DNA from: an uncultured virus (IMG/VR IMGVR_UViG_2860819427_000001)
Lineage: Duplodnaviria; Heunggongvirae; Uroviricota; Caudoviricetes
DNA length: 64,000 bases
Direction: 5' to 3' (one strand)
Virus record (IMG/VR): IMGVR_UViG_2860819427_000001
Coordinates: 1 to 64,000 of that record
Of this stretch, positions 55,889-64,000 are shown piece by piece. How positions within the stretch are numbered: position 1 is the stretch's first letter; each line of letters opens with the position of its first letter. Both the position numbers and the translations under genes were made by a program. The notes beneath the pieces were generated by a model that worked only from the letters and a program-made list of their open reading frames with translations, made no database searches and was not told the origin of the DNA.

Positions 55889-58687
55889 ATGGCCGGAACA
55901 ACAGTCGGAGAAATCCGGGCGCGGCTCGTATTAGACATGGCGGACTGGTCCCGTCGATCTCAGCAAGCTCGAAACGATATGGATCAAATGGGCCGTTCAT
56001 CTGCGAATCTCTCGAAGCAAATGGGCCTCATCCAAAAGGCTTCACTTGCGGTCGGAGGCGCAGTCGTAGCCGGCATCGGTGTTTCCGTTAAGAAAGCGGC
56101 TGACTTCGAGGAGGCCATGTCGCGAGTTAAAGCGATCAGCGGCGCAACCGGTCAGGACTTCGAAGATCTGAAGAATATCGCGGCTAAGATGGGCGCCGAA
56201 ACAAAATACACCGCAGTCGAGGCGGCCGAGGGTCTTCAATACCTTGCGATGGCGGGCTTCAGCGTAAAAGCGCAAGTCGGATCGTTGCCGGCCGTGCTTA
56301 ACTTGGCGGCAGCTTCAGGCGAAGGGCTCGGACGTTCAGCGGATATCGTTTCGAACATCATGACCGGCTTCGGCATTAAAGCGGAAGACTCCGGGCACGC
56401 CGTAGACGTACTTGTGAAAGCGATGACGACGGCCAATACGGATCTACCGCAATTAGGCGATGCAATGAAATTCGTCGCCCCTGTCGCGCACTCTCTCGGT
56501 TACTCCATCGAAGATACTGCGACGGCCGTTGCGAAAATGTCAGACGCCGGTATTCAGGGATCGATGGCGGGTACGGCGCTTCGTGCGTCACTCTTGCACC
56601 TTACGAATCCGGTAGGGCAGTCGGCAAAGGCGATGAAAAAGTACGGCATCGAAGTAAAGGACGCGCACGGAAATCTAAAGCCGATACCGGAACTCGTCGG
56701 CCATATTTCGAAGCAATTCGAAGGGATGACGTCGGCGCAGAAAACGGCAGCGGCGGCACAGCTCGTTGGAGTTGAAGCGGCTTCCGGATTCGTTACGCTT
56801 TTGGGCGTCGGAGAAAAGGGACTGCGCAACTATTCGAAGACGCTGAAGGAAGCCGGCGGGACTGCGGACAAAGTAGCAAAAACGCAGATGGATAACCTCA
56901 AAGGGTCATTCGAACAGTTTACGTCTGCGCTTGACGGCCTCGGAATTGCGCTCGGTAACGAGTTTTTACCTACTTTCCGAAAAATTGTCGATACCGGTAC
57001 GAAAGTGGTCGAGTTCCTTAGCGAACTGAATCCGGGAATCATTACGACGGGCCTCGAAATGGCGGGCGCGGCGGCAGCGGTGGCGCTGGTAGCATCGTCC
57101 ATGGTGAAACTCGGAATCGCAGTACGCGGTTTGTTCGTTGCGATGGGGCCGGCCGGATGGGTGATCACCGGGCTCTCTTTATTAGCGGGGGCTCTCGTCG
57201 GGGTAAAAGCGGGGTACGATCAGATGAACACCGTTAGTTTAGAGGCGGCCGAGTCGAAGCAGAAGGAAATTGATTCTATCAACAGCTTAACGAAAGAGTT
57301 CGATAAACTTCAAAATAAAACGAAGCTGACTGCCGATGAATTCGTTTACTATCTCGATTTGAATGATCGAATTAAAACGGAGACGGATGCCAATTCCATT
57401 AAACGGATGAAGGAAGAACAGGAAGAGTTGCGAAAAAAATCAGGTCTTACAAATGAGGAATTTAATCGCTACTTAGATTTAAACGATAAGGTTATCGCAA
57501 AAGCTCCGGACACTGCGGCCGCAATCAGCGAGCAAGGCAATGCCGCAGCAAAGAACACAGACGCATTAAAGCGTCTTAACAAAGAAAAAGCCGAGGAACT
57601 TCGGCTGGAGCTGGAAACCCAAAGGGCTAAAGCTGAGGCCAATATGTCTAAATATATAGCCGAAGAAGCGCGATTAAAAGAAAAAGTTAATGCGTTGACG
57701 AGAGAGCGATCCGATTTAGAGCAGCAGGTATCTGATCAATTACAAGTTGTGGCAGCTAAAGAGAGCGAATTGGCGGCAGCTAAAGAGGCTAAAGATACAG
57801 CACGGGTGGCAATAGCTGAAAATGAGCTCAACTTAGAGCAAACAAAGTTGCAGAGATTACGAGAACAGTTTTCTACAAATATGGAAAACCTGAGCTCCAA
57901 GAATCAAGAGCTCCAAAAGACCCGTGAGAATATCAATCAGCTAGATGTCGTTAATCAGAAAATGATCGACCTTGAGCTCCGTCAAGTTGGATTAAACGCC
58001 AAAAAGGGCGAAGGCGTGAGAGTGATCGATAAGGAGATTGGACGCTTACAAGATGCGAAGGCGAACCTTAAAAATGTTACGAATGTTGCTGATCGTAAAA
58101 CGGATGAGTACCGGAAGTCTGTTAAAGCGATTGACGACGAGATCGCAAACCTTCGTACCGCAAGGGGGCGGGTCGCGGATATTACGTCAGAAGCCCAAAG
58201 AATGAACGCTGCTCTAAGTAAGGACATCACGAAACGCATCACGACAATTACATCGGATGTTTCTATGAAGACGGAGCGTGCCGTAAGTCGCGGAAAAGGG
58301 AACGAAGGTACTTACCACACTGGCGGCGTCATCGGCCTCGGGCAGATCAATAAACTTCATATCGGCGGCCTTGCGTCTCAATTCGCTAATCCGATGAGCC
58401 ACGAAGTCGATATACGGGCCCTGCGTAACGAAATGGTGCTTACTGAAGCGCAACAGGCGAATCTTATGCGAATGATAGACGCAGGACATACGGCGGGACT
58501 CGGAGGAGATTCTGGCTTATCATCGGATATGCTGCGCGCGCTCGGATCGATTGAGCAGGCGATTAAGACGAAGGGTGGCGCTTCCATAATCGTAGATGGA
58601 TACGAACTCGGCCACGTAATTGAGCCGCATATCAGCGCGATCCAACAAGACGGCCTTGATATAGAAAGTCTAAGGAGCGGGAGGTGA
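55889..58687 (+). CDS. Tape measure protein
   Basis: Ala-rich TP901-type core, TM-like segments, coiled coil. Confidence 0.92.
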   Translation: MAGTTVGEIRARLVLDMADWSRRSQQARNDMDQMGRSSANLSKQMGLIQKASLAVGGAVVAGIGVSVKKAADFEEAMSRVKAISGATGQDFEDLKNIAAKMGAETKYTAVEAAEGLQYLAMAGFSVKAQVGSLPAVLNLAAASGEGLGRSADIVSNIMTGFGIKAEDSGHAVDVLVKAMTTANTDLPQLGDAMKFVAPVAHSLGYSIEDTATAVAKMSDAGIQGSMAGTALRASLLHLTNPVGQSAKAMKKYGIEVKDAHGNLKPIPELVGHISKQFEGMTSAQKTAAAAQLVGVEAASGFVTLLGVGEKGLRNYSKTLKEAGGTADKVAKTQMDNLKGSFEQFTSALDGLGIALGNEFLPTFRKIVDTGTKVVEFLSELNPGIITTGLEMAGAAAAVALVASSMVKLGIAVRGLFVAMGPAGWVITGLSLLAGALVGVKAGYDQMNTVSLEAAESKQKEIDSINSLTKEFDKLQNKTKLTADEFVYYLDLNDRIKTETDANSIKRMKEEQEELRKKSGLTNEEFNRYLDLNDKVIAKAPDTAAAISEQGNAAAKNTDALKRLNKEKAEELRLELETQRAKAEANMSKYIAEEARLKEKVNALTRERSDLEQQVSDQLQVVAAKESELAAAKEAKDTARVAIAENELNLEQTKLQRLREQFSTNMENLSSKNQELQKTRENINQLDVVNQKMIDLELRQVGLNAKKGEGVRVIDKEIGRLQDAKANLKNVTNVADRKTDEYRKSVKAIDDEIANLRTARGRVADITSEAQRMNAALSKDITKRITTITSDVSMKTERAVSRGKGNEGTYHTGGVIGLGQINKLHIGGLASQFANPMSHEVDIRALRNEMVLTEAQQANLMRMIDAGHTAGLGGDSGLSSDMLRALGSIEQAIKTKGGASIIVDGYELGHVIEPHISAIQQDGLDIESLRSGR

Positions 58688-58693
58688 TTTCGA

Positions 58694-60118
58694 ATGGGAA
58701 ATACGGACTTCATTAAGAAAATCGCTCCGGATGCGCAGAAGATATTTGTAAATTATAAAATTCTCGCCAGCCTTGTAATCGCACAGGGATGTCTCGAAAG
58801 TGCATACGGAACCAGTGGTCTTGCCGTTAATGGAAAGAACCTTTTCGGAGTCAAGGGCGAATATAACGGAAAATACGTCATCATGAAAACGTGGGAAGTG
58901 ATCAACGGAAGGAACGTTCAGGTTGACGCCAAGTTCCGAAAGTACCCGACGTGGTATGAGTCGATGCAAGACCTTGCGAAGCTTTACGTAAATGGCGTCA
59001 GTTGGGACCCGAATCACTACAAGGCAGTCGTAGGCGAGAAGAATTACAAAAAAGCGACGGCTGCGCTAGTAGATGCTGGATACGCAACGGACCCGTCTTA
59101 CGCGTCAAAGCTTAACAGAATTATTGAAACGTATAATCTGACGAAGTATGACACCGCCCCGTCTCCATCGAATCCGTCGACTCCTTCTACGCCGGAGACA
59201 AACAACCCGGCTCCGGTTGTCGTTGAAGAGCCGGAGATATCTATCGACGTTTTTTCGAGTGTCTATACAACGCCTCCATCAGGCGTCCCTATTACGGATA
59301 GCAACTTCCGGATACTTTACAAGGACGGACGCATAATCGATATGGCTCGCGATTTATCGGTCCTTGTGCGAAGTTTCAAGATTGCTTCGCCCACTCCCGA
59401 CATTGATTACGAAACGGTTCCGGGAAGGGACGGCGTAGTTCGAGTAGGAAAAAAATTCGGAGCCAGAACGCTTACTGCCGAATGTATCTTGCTCGGAGCC
59501 GATGACGTTGATTTTCATTTGCTACAAGCGGAACTCTTTCACGCGCTTCATCGCGAGGAGGAGTTCTTTTTAGTTTCGGAAGCGACGCCGAAAAAACGGT
59601 GGCGGGTCGAGCTAAGCGCATCATTCACGCCTGACAGAATTGGCAGCTTCGGCGACTTTACGCTGACTTTCCAAAGTGCCTCGACTTATTGCGAATCAGT
59701 CGGCACAACGTTGGATGCATTTACTTTTGATGCGAACAAATGGCAGATAGGCGAAGGGCTGACGGACGATATCCCTTCGTACAAACACAAGACGAAGACT
59801 TTTCGTATTTTCAATGCGGGAGCCGTCCGGCTAGATCCGAGATACATGCCTTTAAAGATTACGTATAAAGGTGCGTCTAACAAGCTGGCGATTAAGAATA
59901 GAACGACGGGCGATCTGTGGACGTTTTCCGGCACATCTGCCGCGAAGGAAGCGATTCAAATTTCTGGGGTTACTGCGAAAAAGGGGAACGTTAGCATCTT
60001 CGGGCAGACAAATTTCGGACTCATTACGTTAGAGCCCGGGTGGAACGACTTTGAGTTAAGCGGAACGAGCGGGGATTTTGAGGTCGCGTTTGATTTCAGA
60101 TTCCACTATTACGCGTAG
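58694..60118 (+). CDS. Distal tail protein with N-terminal GH73 glucosaminidase
   Basis: AQGCLES, NLFGVK, GYATDP; Pro/Ser linker; Dit-like C-terminus LEPGWN. Confidence 0.82.
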   Translation: MGNTDFIKKIAPDAQKIFVNYKILASLVIAQGCLESAYGTSGLAVNGKNLFGVKGEYNGKYVIMKTWEVINGRNVQVDAKFRKYPTWYESMQDLAKLYVNGVSWDPNHYKAVVGEKNYKKATAALVDAGYATDPSYASKLNRIIETYNLTKYDTAPSPSNPSTPSTPETNNPAPVVVEEPEISIDVFSSVYTTPPSGVPITDSNFRILYKDGRIIDMARDLSVLVRSFKIASPTPDIDYETVPGRDGVVRVGKKFGARTLTAECILLGADDVDFHLLQAELFHALHREEEFFLVSEATPKKRWRVELSASFTPDRIGSFGDFTLTFQSASTYCESVGTTLDAFTFDANKWQIGEGLTDDIPSYKHKTKTFRIFNAGAVRLDPRYMPLKITYKGASNKLAIKNRTTGDLWTFSGTSAAKEAIQISGVTAKKGNVSIFGQTNFGLITLEPGWNDFELSGTSGDFEVAFDFRFHYYA

Positions 60119-60129
60119 GGAGGTGCGCC

Positions 60130-61530
60130 ATGTCTAGTCTAATTGTAAAGAATCTCGTTAATCAGGTCGAAGCCCTAACGGACTTCAGCGTGACGAAGAA
60201 AGATGAAATCGATAACGGTAGATCTTTAGACGTATCAGTTATACAGACGGATCGGAACGCGCACTCCTTTCCGCTGATTCAGAATGAAGGCTCTCTTTTT
60301 TATGAAGACGAGGAATTTATCATCAGAAAGACGCGTTATGTACCGATCGGTGGCAAGAGACTAAAGGTCGACATTACGGCCTTGCACCGATCATTTTCAG
60401 ATCTCGGAGAGAATTACGTGTACGAGACTTCGGGAAAAAAGAAAAAACTTTACCTCGAAGATATGCTGGATATCGCATTAAAAGGTTCTGGATATTCCTA
60501 CGAGGTTGTACCGGATGGGCTCGGTGATTCGTTTGAAGTAGAGGACTTTGGGAACGGGTACTCACTCGGTCTGTTAAACGATATAAAGGAAAAATACACG
60601 GCTGAATATGAGTGTATTGGAAAGAAAGTATATTTCGCGAAGGAGATAGCGAGAGATACGGACTATGTTATTCGCGACCGAGTAAATGTAAAAGATCCAA
60701 CGCAAGAGATTGACACTTCTTCTATCAAAACGTTTATCAAGGGCTTCGGAAAGAAGGACGACAAGACAGGGAAATATGCGGTTGAAGCTGAATACAAAAG
60801 CCCTTTGGCTGCAATCTACGGAATTAAACACGCAAATCCGATATTCGACGATTCTTACACGGCGAAGGACGAGGGGAAACTTGAACAGCGACTAGAGAAG
60901 GAACTGACCGATAAGATCGAAATATCTATCAGTTTGACATATGTAGAAGTCGAAGCTTTGAAAATGCAAGACATCCGAAAAGGTGATTACGTATGGTGTG
61001 TATTAGAGCCATTTGATTTACGCACCAAACTTCGCGTTGTCAGTGTCGAATCTTACTCCGATCCGAATAAACCGTCTGTTTTTACTTTCGGAAAATTGCG
61101 GCCGAATATCAGTAAAACTGTCGCAAAGCTTGGTCGTACGCAGAGCACGCTCTCCAAACTTATCGACACGTCGACCGGAAAGGTGAAAGGCAGCGCCATA
61201 AGCGGAAACATAACTATCGGAAAAGACGCGATTTACGAAGACGGGTATGATCCGACAAAGCTGTCGATTCCTACGTACGGCCGGGCAAACGCAACAACGG
61301 ACGGTCTTATGAGCTCATCGGACTATGTGAAGCTGGCGAGTATCGTATTGGGGCCCGACGGCCAAGTTTCTGTCTCGCTGGCTACCGAAACAACGGACGG
61401 CTTGATGAGCGCAGCCGACTTCGCAAAGCTGAAGCGCATCAAGGTCGGTACGGCTACGGTGGATATATCGACACTTTCGCAACAGCTCGAATCTATAAAC
61501 AAGCGCCTGACTGCGCTGGAGAATAAATAA
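60130..61530 (+). CDS. Baseplate hub / Tal-like tail protein
   Basis: Synteny; TFIKGFGK; repeated TTDGLMS motif. Confidence 0.75.
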   Translation: MSSLIVKNLVNQVEALTDFSVTKKDEIDNGRSLDVSVIQTDRNAHSFPLIQNEGSLFYEDEEFIIRKTRYVPIGGKRLKVDITALHRSFSDLGENYVYETSGKKKKLYLEDMLDIALKGSGYSYEVVPDGLGDSFEVEDFGNGYSLGLLNDIKEKYTAEYECIGKKVYFAKEIARDTDYVIRDRVNVKDPTQEIDTSSIKTFIKGFGKKDDKTGKYAVEAEYKSPLAAIYGIKHANPIFDDSYTAKDEGKLEQRLEKELTDKIEISISLTYVEVEALKMQDIRKGDYVWCVLEPFDLRTKLRVVSVESYSDPNKPSVFTFGKLRPNISKTVAKLGRTQSTLSKLIDTSTGKVKGSAISGNITIGKDAIYEDGYDPTKLSIPTYGRANATTDGLMSSSDYVKLASIVLGPDGQVSVSLATETTDGLMSAADFAKLKRIKVGTATVDISTLSQQLESINKRLTALENK

Positions 61531-61544
61531 CGAGGAGGAATACA

Positions 61545-64000
61545 ATGCCGAAATTTCCGTACAGAAAGGCCGGGGCGGCGTGGGACCGTGTTTTTCGTAA
61601 CGACCACAACCAAAACCTCGATGACATTGCGGACGATATTAAAGGATCGTATACGGAATTGGCCGCACATAAGAACGCGAAAACCGCCCACACGTCGGAG
61701 CAAATCGACCATGGAGGTTTTTCTTTGCGCACATATATCGACGGCCTGTATAACCGTATCAGAAATCTTATCCTTAACGCGGATGGCACAAACGTAAAAG
61801 AGGTCGTTGACGCTCGTGTAGACGCGGAAGGAAACATCGCGCCGTTATTGAAAGAGCGGCTCGACAGAGAGTATAACAAGCTTTTACGCAAAATTGAGCG
61901 AGATGTAAACGTTGACGACTACGGAGCCGATCCGACAGGCGTTAACGATAGTACAGAAGCGTTTAAAAAGGCAATCGGGAACGGTAAGGTGCGGCTAAAT
62001 CTATCGGCAGGTACGTATATCGTTAAAGGCATCAAGTTGCCGTCATGGACGTATTTGATCGGCCAAGGCATGGGCGTTACTACGCTGAAGCTTCATGAAG
62101 ATACGCCGGCGAGCGAGTGGGTCATCATTAACGCAGACCCGGCATCCGGCAACCGGAATATCGTAGTCCAAGGAATGTCCCTCGACTGGAATCCGGATCG
62201 TCAAGGCGGCGTTAGTTCTACCGGCGGAATTCATTCAAGCTGCTTAACTTTTGCGCAAGTGAAGTTCGGTATCGTACGGGAAGTCGAAGGCATTAATCCG
62301 GGACTCCACTGTTTCGACGTATCGGCCCCTTCCTACGATATTACTGCGAAGGATTATACCGCAACAGGTAGTAAGTACGTCTGGATCGATCGATGCGTCG
62401 GCTATGGATACGGTGATGACGGGATCACTACGCACTACAGCGAATACATCTTCATCACTAATAACGTAATGACAAACCCGCGCGGCACAGCCCATCGTAA
62501 GGGTGCCGCCAATTCGAACGGTATCGAGGTCGATGACGGTTCTAAACACGTATGGCTTCTCGATAACTACACCGAGGGGAACGTCCGTGGGGTAGAAGTA
62601 AAGGCACACACGGAATGGCCGGCGCCTTGTAATGTTCATATTCGCGGGCACGAATCTTTTCGGGATGTACGTTCATTCGACTTGCGGCATATAGGACACC
62701 ACTTAGCGACTGATCCGTGGAGCGAGACGGCAAGGGACGTAACGCTGATCGACTGTACTTCACGAGAGCCGATATACAATTCGCTTTATGAAGGGCTGGA
62801 GCCGAAAGCGTTAGTTGTCTCGGCATACCAACGCGTGAAGATAATCGGTTTTACTGCGATCGGTGATCCTACGTATGACTACAAAGGAAAATCGGTGATT
62901 GCCTTTCAATACAAAAGTCGGAAGATAACCGTAACTGGTCTGCAAATTTCCGGTTTTGAAAAGGCCGGCTATGATATCAACATTACCGGAGGCGACCAGC
63001 GCACAGATGACGTCTCCATTTCCAATTTCGTCATACATGATTCAGCGCAGAATGGCATCGAGATCGGAGGCGGGGTCTATAACGTAAACTTGGAAAACGG
63101 ACTTCTTCACGTAGCAAGTGGCACGGCCGGCATCACATCGCCAAATACGCAAACAAATATCTTAATGGTCCGGGCGTATGGTTATGAGAGCGCGGCAGTC
63201 CTCGGAGGCCAGAAACATAAGGTCGTCCCTAACAACGTAAAAGGCGGTTTCCGTGCTGCTTCTACGTCGGGTCACGTTTTAGACAAAACAAGTGCGGTGA
63301 TTGCGACCACGGGCGGATGTACAACGAAAGGACCTAGAAACGTCGTTCTAGGCGCCAGTGGTGGCTCATCCACAACAGCTTCGCGTCAAGCGGTTATAGC
63401 GTCAAACAATTCACATACAAAAGGTGACGGGCCGTCGAGGGTCGTACTCGCTGCCAACGGGGTTATCAACGATAACGGATATAGCGTCAGAGGGGGATAC
63501 GGAAGCGGAAGCGCCTCGACCGGAAATACGAAATGGGAACTCGATTCAACTGGCGGACATATTCGTGGTACAGGGCGGGTAGAAAGCGTCTCAGATTTCA
63601 AAGACTTCGCGGAGTATTTCGAATCTGCTGACGGTCAGAAAATCGATTCAAGCTATCTGGTTGCGTTAGAAGGCGATAAGATACGAAAAGCAGGCGAAGG
63701 AGATAAGATACTCGGAGTTGTTTCGGAAACGGCCGGCTTGGTACTCGGAGGCGCAGCGTTCTATTGGAACGATCAGTTCGAAAGGAACGAATTCGGCGGC
63801 TTGGTTTACGAAACGGTTATCGATGGCGGCGAAGAGTTAAGCGTTCCAAAATTAAACCCCGACTATGATCCGACTCTTGAATACGTGCCGCGCGACTCTC
63901 GGGACGAATGGCATGTCATAGGCCTGATCGGTCAAGTCTTTGTCAGAATTGACGAAACAGTGTCCGTAGGAGATAGCGTATCAGCAATCGAAGGCATCGC
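61545..64000 (+). CDS. phi29 gp12-like pre-neck appendage / tail spike with peptidase_G2 chaperone (truncated by window end)
   Basis: SD GAGGAGG; VNVDDYGADPTG, beta-helix repeats, in-frame DFAEYFES; missing from the ORF track. Confidence 0.85.
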   Translation, partial: MPKFPYRKAGAAWDRVFRNDHNQNLDDIADDIKGSYTELAAHKNAKTAHTSEQIDHGGFSLRTYIDGLYNRIRNLILNADGTNVKEVVDARVDAEGNIAPLLKERLDREYNKLLRKIERDVNVDDYGADPTGVNDSTEAFKKAIGNGKVRLNLSAGTYIVKGIKLPSWTYLIGQGMGVTTLKLHEDTPASEWVIINADPASGNRNIVVQGMSLDWNPDRQGGVSSTGGIHSSCLTFAQVKFGIVREVEGINPGLHCFDVSAPSYDITAKDYTATGSKYVWIDRCVGYGYGDDGITTHYSEYIFITNNVMTNPRGTAHRKGAANSNGIEVDDGSKHVWLLDNYTEGNVRGVEVKAHTEWPAPCNVHIRGHESFRDVRSFDLRHIGHHLATDPWSETARDVTLIDCTSREPIYNSLYEGLEPKALVVSAYQRVKIIGFTAIGDPTYDYKGKSVIAFQYKSRKITVTGLQISGFEKAGYDINITGGDQRTDDVSISNFVIHDSAQNGIEIGGGVYNVNLENGLLHVASGTAGITSPNTQTNILMVRAYGYESAAVLGGQKHKVVPNNVKGGFRAASTSGHVLDKTSAVIATTGGCTTKGPRNVVLGASGGSSTTASRQAVIASNNSHTKGDGPSRVVLAANGVINDNGYSVRGGYGSGSASTGNTKWELDSTGGHIRGTGRVESVSDFKDFAEYFESADGQKIDSSYLVALEGDKIRKAGEGDKILGVVSETAGLVLGGAAFYWNDQFERNEFGGLVYETVIDGGEELSVPKLNPDYDPTLEYVPRDSRDEWHVIGLIGQVFVRIDETVSVGDSVSAIEGI

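Noticed and set aside
659..63601. Many short ORFs overlapping major genes in the track
   Set aside because: Shadow frames without SDs or recognisable motifs

Overview
The whole window is one temperate siphovirus (prophage or phage genome). Gene content, strong SD sequences and sigma-A/LexA motifs suggest a Bacillus subtilis-group host (inference). Left to right: tyrosine integrase; replication module (HTH initiator and origin-like repeats, DnaC-like loader, DnaB helicase, primase); an arbitrium lysis-lysogeny locus (two small HTH genes divergent from aimR, an unannotated aimP ending in ELRPGG, then a sigma-like gene); DNA metabolism (SSB-like protein, PolA, RNA ligase, nucleases, RuvC, nrdI/nrdE/nrdF, dUTPase, ThyX, two DNA methyltransferases); an accessory region (DNA ligase, small membrane peptides, beta-helix protein, poly-gamma-glutamate hydrolase, Xre, GT2); about 1 kb of non-coding DNA; an atypical tRNA-Trp; a small tyrosine recombinase; then terminase, head and tail genes, ending in a phi29 gp12-like tail spike that runs off the window. 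Lysis genes and att sites are not visible. The most striking observation is a stand-alone 20-codon mini-gene at 35439-35501. It has its own promoter, SD and terminator, and encodes a signal-less peptide ending in A-SPSRGA, which resembles the arbitrium signals of a different (SPbeta/phi3T-like) phage clade. All family calls come from motif recognition by eye; no database search was run.
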